Source: Octopus vulgaris (taxonomy: Eukaryota). Taken from it: 64,000 nt of DNA. The DNA lies in contig OX597824.1 in assembly GCA_951406725.2 (NCBI GenBank), forward strand, positions 41,416,001-41,480,000, in the 5' to 3' direction. The position numbers and the translations under genes were made by a program. Positions 15,533-27,254 of the stretch are shown here, piece by piece. The notes below the pieces were generated by a model that saw nothing but the letters and a program-made list of their open reading frames with translations, ran no database searches and was not told the origin of the DNA. Position 1 is the stretch's first letter. Each line of letters opens with the position of its first letter.

Positions 15533-16006
15533 ATTACCAGTGGATAGTATGTACTACGAATGCTACTGTTACTACCATAAGATCAGCAACAACGATTAGT
15601 GATCACGGACATCTCATCGTTGACGGTGACGACGAAGACGACGATTACGACGACGACGACGACGACGATGATTTTAGTACTGCTGCTGATGATAATGACG
15701 ACCAATGCTGATCAATTACAACAGCAATAGACAAAGGGGTCCCCTCGGAACAGGTATTAGAAACAGCAGTTGGATTCCCCTCAAGACCACATACCACCCT
15801 ACCAAGAAATGCTAGATACACGCTTACATAATCTTGTCCGGATAGTCTTATATATAGACTTATAAAACGGACAAGATGGTCGTTATATAGGATTCTTCAT
15901 ATGGGATTCTTGATAGATAGATAGATAAGACCTGCTCGATCACCAATGATCACCTGGGACTAGGGCTAAACAACAGCAACAACCATGACCACCACTATCT
16001 CAACCG

Positions 16007-16106
<100 letters not shown>

Positions 16107-16118
16107 CAGCACCACCAA

Positions 16119-16170
<52 letters not shown>

Positions 16171-16192
16171 GCTATTACTTCTGCTGCTGCTG

Positions 16193-16224
<32 letters not shown>

Positions 16225-16228
16225 GCTG

Positions 16229-16296
<68 letters not shown>

Positions 16297-17169
16297 GCTA
16301 CTATTACTACTAGTACTAGTACTGCTACTGCTGCTGTTGATGTGTGGTAACAAGATACTTGAGAAATCAAAAACTGCTTGTCCCAGGAAAAAAAAAGCAT
16401 GTTATACCGGCCTGTAGTCGACCAGCCGATCAGCGAGCAAGTTTACCAGCCAGCCAGTAAGCCAGCCAACCAGCCGGTCGACAAAACCAGCCCTTGTCTA
16501 ATCACCGCAGCCTGCAATGATGCCTGATGGTGTCTAGTTCGCCTGGCTAAAATGTTGAGGTGATCAAGACATTCTGCCTCGTCTTATAAAATCACCTCAC
16601 TACCTACCTCTCCCGAACTTGGCAATTTGTTTCCTCCCACTCCGAATTTCTCTCACTCTCCCTCATTTTCGATCTACTAACAAACGTGTGTATCTGTGCA
16701 TATTTGTCTGCATGTATGTATGTATGTATGTATGTATGTATGTATGTATGTATGTATGTATGTATGAATGTATGCATGTATGTATGTATGTATGTATGTA
16801 TGTATGTATGTATGTATGTATGTATGCAGACATGCATGCATGCATGTATGTATGTATGAATGAATATATGTATGTATATACACATAAATATACAGAATAC
16901 ATGCGCACACATATATATACATACATATGTGTGTGGTCGTATATATATATATATATATATATCGTGTATTTGAGTGTATGCATATACGTCTATATATGTG
17001 TAATACATACGTTCATACATACACACATATACGTACACGCACACACATATATATGCATAAATATGTATATATATATACATATAAATATATACATATATAC
17101 TTGTGCGCGTCTGTGTAGATGTATGAGTGTGTGTAGGTGTGTGAGTGTCTGTAGGTGTGTGAGTGTGTG

Positions 17170-17213
<44 letters not shown>

Positions 17214-17216
17214 TAC

Positions 17217-17267
17217 TTCTGCATTAGGAGAAGGCACCAGTATTCCTCAGCCTTCTCTGCTTTGCAT
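17217..17267 (-). other. Candidate 51-nt exon
   Basis: Branch-like CTAAC about 27 nt upstream, acceptor ataccttcccatcag, donor AA|GTAAGC. Only one frame is open (CKAEKAEEYWCLLLMQ). Confidence 0.35.
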
Positions 17268-17555
17268 CTGATGGGAAGGTATATAAAATTTGTGTTAGGA
17301 AAATTGCCAGAGATTATCCAGACAGAGGTGTCAACTCAAGATTCATTCACAGTAACCAGCACTTTGGTTCTGTCTGTGTGACTGTGAGTCTGTCTGTATG
17401 TCTGTGTGACTGTGAGTCTGTCTGTGTGTCTGCCTCACCTATTTTCTCTTTCAATCACTCCTTTTGTTTTTTGCAGTCGAGACGAAATGTTTTGAGTGAA
17501 ATCTAGGTAAGAATTTAATAGCCTCCAGCTGTTACCAAAATACTCATGCTCTTAT

Positions 17556-17703
17556 AGGCGCAGGCGTAACTGTGTTGTAAGAAGCTTGCTTCTCAACCTG
17601 ATGGTTCCGAGTTCAATCCCACTTCGTGGTTCTCTTGAACAGGTGTCTCCTACGATAGCCTCGTGCTGACCAAAGTAGGTGTAAACTGAAAGCAACCCAT
17701 CGT
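17556..17703 (+). mobile_element. SINE family B head, truncated by the next element
   Basis: ggcgcaggcgtaactgtg...gagttcaatccc (A/B-box-like)...actgaaagcaacccatcg. Confidence 0.7.
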
Positions 17704-17704
17704 G

Positions 17705-18795
17705 TAGCGACTGAAGAAGGGGTTTTTTCTTTGTGTTAATTGTCCTGTACTGTATTGAAAAAATTTTTTTGTTGTTTTTAAAAAAATGTCCAGTTCCTTT
17801 GGTTTGTGTCTATGTTTTCGTTTCTCATTGTGTTCGACGTCCTTTTGGTGTCCTGTACTCATATATGCGTGTATATGTACATGTAGAGGTAGGTACGTAC
17901 ATATATGTTTATATATATGAATATGTTTTATTTTATTTGTTAATATATTATATGACGAAACGCACGCATCCCCTTAAGTAAGATTTTCTTTATATCAAGT
18001 TTTGTTCTTGATATTAACTTTGATGCGCACTCTTAACCTTTCTGTCCCATCCCTTTCTCAGCCTTCATTCTTTGATTTCCTTTTCCTCTACTTAACTTGT
18101 CTCTTCCTCTCTCTCATTCTTCACTCTCTCTCTCCCCCTCTCCATTCTTCATGGTTTCCTCGCAGCCATTCCCCTTCTTCTCTCCCTTTCTCTTGCTCCT
18201 CCTCCCCCCTTCACGTCGTTCACCCGCGACGAGACTTCCACTGCTGTCTTTTTGGCCTGGCCCTCTCAAGGTAATGAACGACATTCTTTTTGCTCCGCTC
18301 GTCGTTCATAAAAAATTCCGCGTTCGCAATACTTTTTTTCGTTCGGCGTTAACAGCCCTTCTTATCTTGTTTTTCCTTGTCCTGTCTTTTACTGTTTATA
18401 ATTTGTACTGTCGTTACTGTCCTGTTTTTGTTACCATTTTTTACCCCTCTGCGAAAAGATCTCAGAATTTTAATTGATTTGCTTTTCGCAGGAAGGAAAG
18501 TTTCTTGTCGAAGATACGTCTCGCTTTTATCCTTCGAAACGTAGAGTAGATGAAACCATAGCGACTGAAGAAGGGGTATTTTCTTTGAGTTAATTGTCCT
18601 GCGCTCTATTTTTTAATTTTTTTGTTGTTTTTAAAAAAATGTCCAGTTCCTTTGGTTTGTGTCTATGTTTTCGTTTCTCATTGTGTTCGACGTCCTTTTG
18701 GTGTCCTGTACTCATATATGCGTGTATAAGTACATGTAGAGGTAGGTACGTACATATATGTTTATATATATGCATATGTTTTATTTTATTTATTA

Positions 18796-18800
<5 letters not shown>
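17705..18800 (+). mobile_element. Non-coding element with about 245-bp direct terminal repeats (probable Penelope pseudo-LTR derivative)
   Basis: Near-identical repeats start tagcgactgaagaagggg at 17705 and 18559 (period 854) and end in (TA)n. Related copies at 21681-22316 (-) and 58335-58600 (+). Confidence 0.65.
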
Positions 18801-18831
<31 letters not shown>

Positions 18832-18836
<5 letters not shown>

Positions 18837-19253
18837 CTCTTTACTCTTTTACTCTTTTACTTGTTTCAGTCATTTGACTGCGGCCATGCTGGAGCACCGC
18901 CTTTAATCGAGCAACTCGACCCCGAGACTTATTCTTTTTGTAAGCCTAGTACTTATTCTATCGCTCTCTTTTTGCCGAACCATTAAGTAACGGGGACATA
19001 AACACACCAGCATCGGTTGTCAAGCAATGCTAGGGGGACAAACACAGACACACAAACACACACACGCATATATATATATATACATATATACGACGGGCTT
19101 CTTTCAGTTTCCGTCTACCAAATCCACTCACAAGGCTTAGGTCTGCCCGAGGCTATAGTAGAAGACACTCGCCCAAGGTGCCACGCAGTGGGACTGAACC
19201 CAGAACCATGTGGTTGGTAAACAAGCTACTTACCACACAGCCACTCCTGCGCC
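18832..19253 (-). mobile_element. SINE family B, near full length (tRNA head, CORE-like domain, internal microsatellite, GTAAAAGA-repeat tail)
   Basis: Minus strand ggcgcaggagtggctgtgtggtaag...gggttcagtccc...ccttgggcgagt...ggcggtgctccagcatggccgcagtc...gtaaaagagtaaaagag. Confidence 0.85.
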
Positions 19254-19494
19254 TCAATGCACACTCAATGCATTGTCTGGGAGATTTTTCTTACAGTAGA
19301 AGAAATAGCTAAGTTTTTGGCTGCTATTTCTAATAAGTTCGATGTGTGGTAAACTAAATTATTTTACTGAACCCTATTTTTATAAAGTAATATTTCAATT
19401 ATACCGTAAATGGTCGTTTTACATACTGAACACTACTTGGTAAAATTAATTAATTAATTTTACCCTTTATTATTGACTATATATATATATTTTT

Positions 19495-19745
19495 TCTCTC
19501 TAGTTTCAGTTCAGAGCTGCGGTCATGCTGGTGCACCGCCGTTTTGCTACACTGTTATTACTAAGAGTCTCCTCTAATATGTGGCTCTTGGTGAAGAATG
19601 GAGTTTGATATAGCTACGCTCATTTGCATCTCTTGCTGTGAGGTAGGTTCATCTGGGACTCTCGACAGGAAGAGGTCCAGCTATGATTTAAAAAAAACCT
19701 ACATCTACTTTGTGCAAGTTCCTCAGACTCTTTCAAAATGTTGGA
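19495..19745 (-). mobile_element. CR1/L2-like LINE 3' end fragment
   Basis: Minus strand translates LRNLHKVDV...LDLFLSRVPDEPTSQQ, a typical CR1-group C-terminus, followed by a tail similar to the SINE B tail. Confidence 0.6.
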
Positions 19746-19804
19746 TGTAATTTTGTGGAAAAATAACGAAAATTTAAAAGAAAAAAATTAAACATATAGT
19801 ATCG

Positions 19805-20200
19805 GCTGGTGTCATAAAGACATGACGGGATACGGGTGGGATTGGGTGATACAGATGCTTAAAAATTTGGAATTATTTTTTTGTAAAATGCCCAACCCTT
19901 GTTTTGAAATGTAGGAAACAAAAATAGATTGGAAAAATCCCGTCAAAGACGGAGAAATTTCGATCTGTGAAAGTTTTTTCCGAAAGTTTGCCGGATTCTG
20001 AAGTTGGCAATTAGTATACAAACGATTCTCACAACAGACTTTGTTTCCTCATGACTTTCAGAAAGTTGGATTTTTTTTTCCATGAAAATTTCTACAAATA
20101 CCTTTCAGATGGTGAAGATTACAATAAAACCAGACTTTAATGCAAAATAGAGAAAATAAATAAATGGGCGCGCATTCATGCTTACTGTCACGCAAAATGA
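19805..20200. repeat. Interspersed repeat, probably a DNA transposon derivative
   Basis: Shares tttgtttcctcatgactttc and tttctacaaatacctttcagat in inverted orientation with 63260-63500. Confidence 0.55.
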
Positions 20201-20504
20201 AACTTGAGATGACTATGTGGTGTGGGTCAGTTTGTATGTGTGAGTAGCCATCAGTTATATTCCCCCCACCCCATTCTAATCTGCACCTATCAACACCCAG
20301 CAGTAAAAAAGGCAGGGCTGAATAGGGCGGCGTTTGAACTTTGAAGATAAATTGCCGGATAAAATACCGAAAAGCTTTTTGTCCGATGTTCTGATAATTT
20401 CTTTAATCTATCACTATAGATTGATGTTTTGTTTTGTCGATTCCAGGGAGTATTAAAAAAAAAAAAGAAACTCGACATCAGCGGGATTTGAACGTAGCAT
20501 CCAA

Positions 20505-20690
20505 GAGCCCCAGTAAATACCTATTTCTTTACTGCCCACAAGGGGCTGAACACAGAGGGGACAAACAAGGACAGACAAAGGTATTCAGTCGATCACATCG
20601 ACCCCAGTGCGTACCTGGTACTTAATTTATCGACCCCGAAAGGATGAAAGGCAAAGTCGACCTCCGCGGAATTTGAACTCAGAACGAGGT
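20505..20690 (-). mobile_element. SINE family A
   Basis: tttatcgaccccgaaaggatgaaaggcaaagtcgacctc...atttgaactcagaacg. Confidence 0.85.
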
Positions 20691-21092
20691 AAATAGAGCC
20701 TCAGTAGATATCATAGAATATTGTCGTCTGCTACTTGATATATATATATATATATCAATTACACATTAAGTACAGGACATCACCAATGAGTGAAAAAATA
20801 TGTAAACCCACGAGTGATATGTACAGGACAAAATACCAAAAAGAAGATAGCTCCTCTTCAGTTGTCGACTTTTTTACGTCCCTGTAACTTAGCGGCTTGG
20901 CAAAAACACCAGACTAAAAGAACAGAAAATTAAGTGGAGTCGATTCTTTCGACTAGAACATTTTAAGTTGGTGTCCTAGCATGGCTGCAGTCCAATGACT
21001 GAAACAAGTAAAACATGGTAAGTAGTTTGCTTCCCAACAACATGGTTCTGGGTTCAGTCCCACTACGTGGCATCTTGAGCAAGCCTATCGTG

Positions 21093-21123
<31 letters not shown>

Positions 21124-21136
21124 GTGTGTGTGTGTA

Positions 21137-21680
21137 TCAGGTCATCCCATAAGTTCTGTCCGAATTTTGAATAAAGAAAACAAGTGATCAAATGTTATAT
21201 TTAATTGCAATTTAATCATCACTATACGTCCCTTGATTATCTATGATTTCCTTCCATCTATTTACTAGCTTTTTAATCCCATCAATGTAAAACTCTTTTG
21301 GTTTCAAAGCGAAGAACTCTGAAATGTCAGTTTCGACCTCCTCCTGGCTTGCGAAAGTTATGTCACCCAAATAATTCTGTAAACTACGAAACAAATGCTA
21401 GTCTGAAGGAGCAAGGTCGGGAGAATAAGGTGGATGAAGAATGTTTTCTTAACCAAGCTTTTCGATCTTCTGTCATGTGATCTTTGTTGTGTGGGGCCAC
21501 GCATTGTCCTGATGAAACATCACTCCTTTTTGATTCACTAAAGCGGGTATTTTTTTCTTCAAAACTTGGTTCAAGCGCTCTAATTGCTGACAGTAGACTT
21601 GAGCATTGATTGTTGCATTAAGTGGTAACAATTCAAAGTGAATTACTCCTTTGCAATCCTACCAAATAGAGAGAAGATCC
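21137..21680 (-). mobile_element. mariner (DD34D) transposon 3' fragment with one TIR; pseudogenised transposase
   Basis: Translation gives GVIHFELL...VYCQQL...FHQDNAWPH...HPPYSPDLAPSD*HLFRSLQNYL...GIKKLVNRW. The end TA|TCAGGTCATCCCATAAGTT is at 21135-21155. Confidence 0.92.
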
Positions 21681-22311
21681 TATATGTATATATACATACA
21701 TATATGGGTACAGGACATAAAAAAAAACGTTGAACACAATGAGAATCGAACACATAAAAACAGAAAAAAAAATTTTTTTCAAACAACGAAAAAAAAAAAA
21801 CAACAGAGAAACAAAACATACAACACAAGGAATAGTCCCCTTCTTCAGTTGACCCTGATGCATCTACTCCACGTTCCGAAGGTAAGGACAAGACGCGACT
21901 TCATTGAAACAGTCCTTCCCGCAAAGCAAATTAAATAAAATTTGGGATTTTTTGCTGAGGGTGAAAGTGGTAACAAGAACAGGACAGTAAGAACAAAACA
22001 GTAAAAACAATAAAAAAGTAAAAACAGTAAAAATGAGAACAAAACAGTGCAAACAAACGATGAAGGTTGTTACGCCAAGACGATGGAAAAATTCTTTTGA
22101 ACGCTTGAGACAGCTTATGAAAAGATAGGATAAGCTGGTCTGGTCTTTGTGAAGATAGTAGTCGGAAAGGTGGCTACACTCTGATCACATGTCAGCGACA
22201 AGAGAGTCGAGGAGGAGGAGGAGGAAGAGTAAGAGAGAGGGAACGGTGAAGGGGAGAGGAGAAGAATAAGGAAGGATGGGAGAGAAAACCAGAAAGGATG
22301 AAGAACATGAG

Positions 22312-22316
<5 letters not shown>
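21681..22316 (-). mobile_element. Copy of the 17705-18800 family adjoining the mariner fragment
   Basis: Reverse-complement similarity (ccccttcttcagt, catctactccacgttccgaagg, cagtaaaaacag) and a purine-rich tract. Confidence 0.65.
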
Positions 22317-22353
<37 letters not shown>

Positions 22354-22770
22354 ACATAGTCATTCGATCTGCCGAATATTGAGGCCAAGTCTTCTTGAAA
22401 TCGGATATCACTTGCCCTCTCAAAAAAAATGGACATATTAAATAACGTGGTTGTTGGTTCCCTGAATATTATAAAAGGACAGGATGGTTATGGGAGGAAT
22501 GCATATGATCTGGGTTCTGTTACCTCGATCAAAACTAACCTGTTGTTATATAACAACAATAGCAACCACAACTACAACAGCAGTAATAGTGAAAGAGCAA
22601 TGGCCCAGTGCTTAGGGTAGCGGACTCGCTAGAATCTACATCGAGTGAAAAACGGGATGGACGCTTTGATTTTGTTTTGGTGCCTCGCTCTGTCGTACGT
22701 GACTATGAGGATTAGCATCCCCAACGTAAAACTTATAATGTAATACATGTTCTTGAAGTAGTAATTGTAC

Positions 22771-22855
22771 GCGGCTGAAGAAGGCTATAGACACACATTT
22801 ACATCAATTATGCATTGTTATAAACCGTCTAATAAAGGCCCGAAACATGTACCGC
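22771..22855 (+). ncRNA. Type I hammerhead ribozyme motif
   Basis: GCGG-CUGAAGA-[AGGCU..UAGAC...GUCUA..GGCCC]-GAAA-CAUG-UA-CCGC. Stem I is 4 bp, stem III is the palindrome ACAUGU, and the cleavage triplet is GUA. Confidence 0.8.
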
Positions 22856-23163
22856 TAAATCCTTTGCGTCACGTTTTTATTTTGATAAATATATATATAT
22901 ATATATATATATAAATATACACATTTACGTATATGTATGTGCTTGCATATATGTAAATATATAGGTACACATACATATGCGCGCGCTTATTATCAGTTAG
23001 TTCTTAGAAATAAAGTCTGAAATAAAAAATCACCCTATCTCAGTAGAATAGAACGAATATATGTTTATACTATTAAGCAATATTGTATAAAACTGGCCAA
23101 ATTATTACTGTCGATTTCACGTCGAATATTGCCACTAGACAATATCGCCGACACTACAGACAG

Positions 23164-24187
23164 ATTGGCTTGAAGTACATATTTCCTTTAGCGCATGAGG
23201 TACGTGGGCTGTAGATTGGCTTGGTGGTTGGAAAAAAGGAATGAAATTTAATGAAAAATATTTGGGGGAAGAAAGAAAAAGAAAGAGTTATTCCTTATAG
23301 ATTGATTTTAGCTGTGAGGTGTCCATCATTCTCAAATTAAAAAAAAATGTCCACCTCGCCAATTGCACTCATAAGGGCAGTATAAGAAAATTACAGTTAA
23401 AAGTTCAGGAATATGCCCAGAATTTTAAGAATTGTGAATTTTAAGAATGATTCTCTTCTCTGTCAAGTAGAGTCTGCATTTCCTACTTCCATTAAGATAC
23501 GGCCTATGTCGTTCCTGCAACTTTCATTTGATGGTATAGAGCTTTACGTCTGCTTTTAATCGACATATATTGCTAGCTAGAGTTCTGATATTACGCCTTT
23601 CCTGGATCCTGCAAGAGAATCTGTAATTATTAAACCTGATTTTAAAGAGTCCGTCTGTTTGTCCCGGCATATCTCTGCTCATGCGTCATCCCATTGGTGC
23701 TGGTCAACGCTAGTTCTGTTTCGTAAACCACAGCTTTTGTGCTAGTTCTTCTAGTTCTTCTAGACACGCATGCTGTAAATCCTAAATGAACATCCTGTTT
23801 CTGCAGCAGTTAGTGAACTTTCTGACTTGTTGTATGCGATAACTAGTTATAAACTTGACGATATATATGTTATGTCGAGCTCGGCATGTATATTCAAACA
23901 TACATACATACATACATACATACATACATACATACATACATACATACATACATACATGTATACACACTCGTTGTGTAACAAATTACCACTGACATTGGCT
24001 TGAAGTACATATTTCCTTTAGCGCATGAGGTACGTGGGCTGTAGATTGGCTTGGTGGTTGGAAAAAAGGAATGAAATTTATTGAAAAATATTTGGGGGAA
24101 GAAAGAAAAAGAAAGAGTTATTCCTTATAGATTGATTTTAGCTGTGAGGTGTCCATCGTTCTCAAATTTAAAAAAGAACATGTCCAC
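23164..24187 (-). mobile_element. Penelope-like element 3' part: decayed GIY-YIG endonuclease flanked by about 190-bp direct repeats
   Basis: Near-identical repeats at 23164-23354 and 23994-24187. The minus strand at about 23870-23440 gives, across frameshifts, TKAVVYETEL...RYAG...KIRFNNYRFS...RPYLNGSRKCRLYLTEKRII. Confidence 0.75.
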
Positions 24188-24722
24188 AATATATATACAG
24201 CTGTAACAAGAGAAATTTGCCCAATATCCTGAAGCCGCACAATGAGCTCGAAACCGGAACCATGTGTTTGCAAAGTAAATTCTTTCTCTCCACAGTCATC
24301 AGTTTTTCGTCCGTTTTTTACGTTGTAATTTCAAATGTCACCGAGGAAAGCTTTGACATTCATCCTTTCGGAGTCAATAAAATAAATACCAAACGGACAC
24401 ATAGTTCACTATAATCGACTTAGCCTCTTTTTCGAAATTGCTGGCCTTGTGAAAAATATGAAACCTATGTATGTTTTCTTTTTGATTTAATACTATTTTC
24501 ATTGATTGCCATATATTATGACCAAAAAGTGACCAAAAGTTTGGAACATTAAAAAAAAAAGACTAAAATTGTTATGTCCAAGTACAGTTCAATTCAAATG
24601 TATTCAATATATATATTTGGACATTTAATATAAAAATTCTAATTTTCAAACCTATGTTCCAACCTTTTGATCAAGTAATAATATTTTGCAAAATTAAATA
24701 TAACTTTGGGCATTTAATATAA

Positions 24723-24761
<39 letters not shown>

Positions 24762-24950
24762 CGTACGAGTGGCTGTGTGTTAAGTAGCTTGTTTACCAGC
24801 AACTTGGTTCCGGGTTCAGTCCCACTGCGTGGCACCTTGAGCAAGTGTCTTATACTTTAGCCTCGGGTCGACCAAAGCCTTGTGAGTAGATTTGATAGAC
24901 GGAAACTGAAAGAAGCCCGTCGAATATATGTATATATATATATATATATA

Positions 24951-25854
24951 TATAAATTAACAATTGAGCATAAAATCTTTAAAAGAAATTATCAGTAGTC
25001 AGCGTGAAAAACCTCGTAAGAGAAAAAATCCGTAAAATCTTCCTCTTTGAAAATATTCATTTATATTATATTGAGGGTACTACTATTCGTAGATACCAAC
25101 ACGCTAAGAGGGACCAATGCGGTCAAAACTACTAAAAATAAACAAAATTTTACCGAATGCAAAACTTCAAAACACATCATTTCAAAAAAATCTTCCACTT
25201 TGAAAATCTTCATTTATATTATATTGAGGTAACTGAATTCTTTTTTAAAATGATGTGTTTTGAAGTTTTGCATTCGGTAAAATTTTGTTTATTTTTAGTA
25301 GTTTTGACCGCATTGGTCCCTCTTAGCGTGTTGGTATCTACGAATAGTAGTACCCTCAATATAATATAAATGAATATTTTCAAAGAGGAAGATTTTACGG
25401 ATTTTTCTCTTACGAGGTTTTTCACGCTGACTACTGATAATTTCTTTTAAAGATTTTATCCTCAATTGTTAATTTATATTTTTCACCGGAATAGTTCAAT
25501 ACTGAATTTTTATTCCGACTAGACAATTTGTTACCGAAATGCATTGCGAATAAGCCCGCCATTTTCATAGATATGTAAAGATAAACATTCGTACATGCTA
25601 CGACGAATTCTACGGTTGGCTATCGAGCTTGTAATTTTATGTTTTCTCTTATATTTCTTGAGTTTGTTGCACTGACGAACATGAAATGCATATTCTGCAT
25701 TAAATGCGAAATCACATGTGATATGTAACTGAATTCTTTTTTAAAATGATGTGTTTTGAAGTTTTGCATTCGGTAAAATTTTGTTTATTTTTAGTAGTTT
25801 TGACCGCATTGGTCCCTCTTAGCGTGTTGGTATCTACGAATAGTAGTACCCTCA

Positions 25855-25862
<8 letters not shown>
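24951..25862 (+). mobile_element. Hammerhead-bearing non-coding retroelement: 496-nt monomer, terminal redundancy and 5' inverted arm
   Basis: 25229-25366 is repeated at 25725-25862. 24951-25190 is the reverse complement of 25238-25478. Both flanks are (TA)n. Confidence 0.85.
25666..25729 (+). ncRNA. Type I hammerhead ribozyme with intact core
   Basis: GUUGCA-CUGACGA-[ACAU..AUGCA uauuc UGCAU..AUGC]-GAAA-UCACAUGUGA-UA-UGUAAC. Stem I is 6 bp, stem III is the 12-nt palindrome AUCACAUGUGAU, and predicted cleavage is after 25723 (AUA). Confidence 0.88.
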
Positions 25863-25945
<83 letters not shown>

Positions 25946-27103
25946 TTGTGTGTCTGTGTTTGTCTCCCCAGCATCGCTTGACAACCGATGCTGGTGTGTT
26001 TACGTCACCGTAAACTAGCGGTTCGGCAGAAACGGACGGTAGAATAAGTATTGGGCTCGATTTGTTCGACTATATCCTTCAAGGCGATGCCCCAGCATGG
26101 CTGCAGATCAATGAATGAAACAAGTAAAAGGGTTAAAAAAAAGGAAAGTAAGTGATTCTCTGCTTCCTGTTAAAAGGAAAGGTTTTGAATGACGATAGAC
26201 TGGAATCCTATTTAGGAAAGATTTCTCTCAGTGTCTTAAAGTCACTGAAACTAGAAGCACCCCTACAAAAAATCAAATCAAATAAAATAGAATAAAAAAA
26301 AAATAACACCACCATATGAAAGCATTATCACGACAAATAATAGGTATTTTTACAGAACAGGATACAAATATCTCTTAATGTAAAGCAACATACTTCATCG
26401 CGGCACAAGTAAACGCTACAAAATTACATCACCACCAACACACATACAACATATACATATAAACACATACTATGTAGCAGACAACAACGTACATACACAT
26501 TTTACCACGAAACAACACCTTATGTTGCAGCATATAAACATACTATAACGTCACTCAACAACGAGTGAACCACAAATATAAGCTGCAATACATACAACTC
26601 AAGCAGCACACAAAATAACATACACACACACACACATACACACACACACACACACTGCCACAACACTGAGAAGAGAACAATTATACTCGCAGGAAAAATA
26701 CATTACAACACAACACAAGTTACGCAACGCAGACAACGCCGCAGCCCATACCAAACCACACCACACCGCATAACACAACACCACTACATAATACAACACC
26801 ACAATATCAAATGACAGACAAAACCAAAAGCATACTGCAGCACCACATTACAACAAATATTTCACAAGTAATATAATATACAGCATCCACCGCTCTTACA
26901 CGCAATAAACAAACAAAACGACAAAGAAAACCAATAAATACAAAAATAACTTAAGAGCAAGAAATATTTCTTGAAATAAACAAACAAAGAAAAAGTCCGC
27001 CAGGAAACTTTCCAAAAATGCCCTTGCTAGCGACGGCAGAAATTCCTGAAGACGATACATGTAAAAGATTAACGATATTTACAGTAATGGCTGACTTTGT
27101 GCC

Positions 27104-27254
27104 TGCAGGCAGACGACAGCATTCAGTTGTACTGCACTGTACGTTCGAGACACATTGCAATGCAGTTAGGCGGAAATATGCCGTGCAGACAGACGATAGC
27201 ATTGAGCTGCAGTAAAAATGATGCACATTGCAATGCATTTAGGCGGAAATATGC
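27104..27254. repeat. Two-copy tandem duplication in unique sequence
   Basis: The 31-nt block cacattgcaatgca(g/t)ttaggcggaaatatgc is at 27151 and 27224. Each is preceded by tgcag(g/a)cagacga(c/t)agcatt. Confidence 0.85.

Larger units (their letters stand above)
24760..26130 (+). mobile_element. SINE family B (head 24760-24925, tail 25945-26130) split by an insertion in its internal microsatellite
   Basis: Both halves match the intact copy at 18832-19253. Confidence 0.85.

Noticed and set aside
25672-25698. Alternative shorter hammerhead reading using GAAA at 25683
   Set aside because: Stem I and stem II do not pair. The longer fold using GAAA at 25708 is fully consistent.
27104-27254. Repeat-spacer pattern suggestive of CRISPR
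   Set aside because: Only two units, a eukaryotic context and no cas genes.
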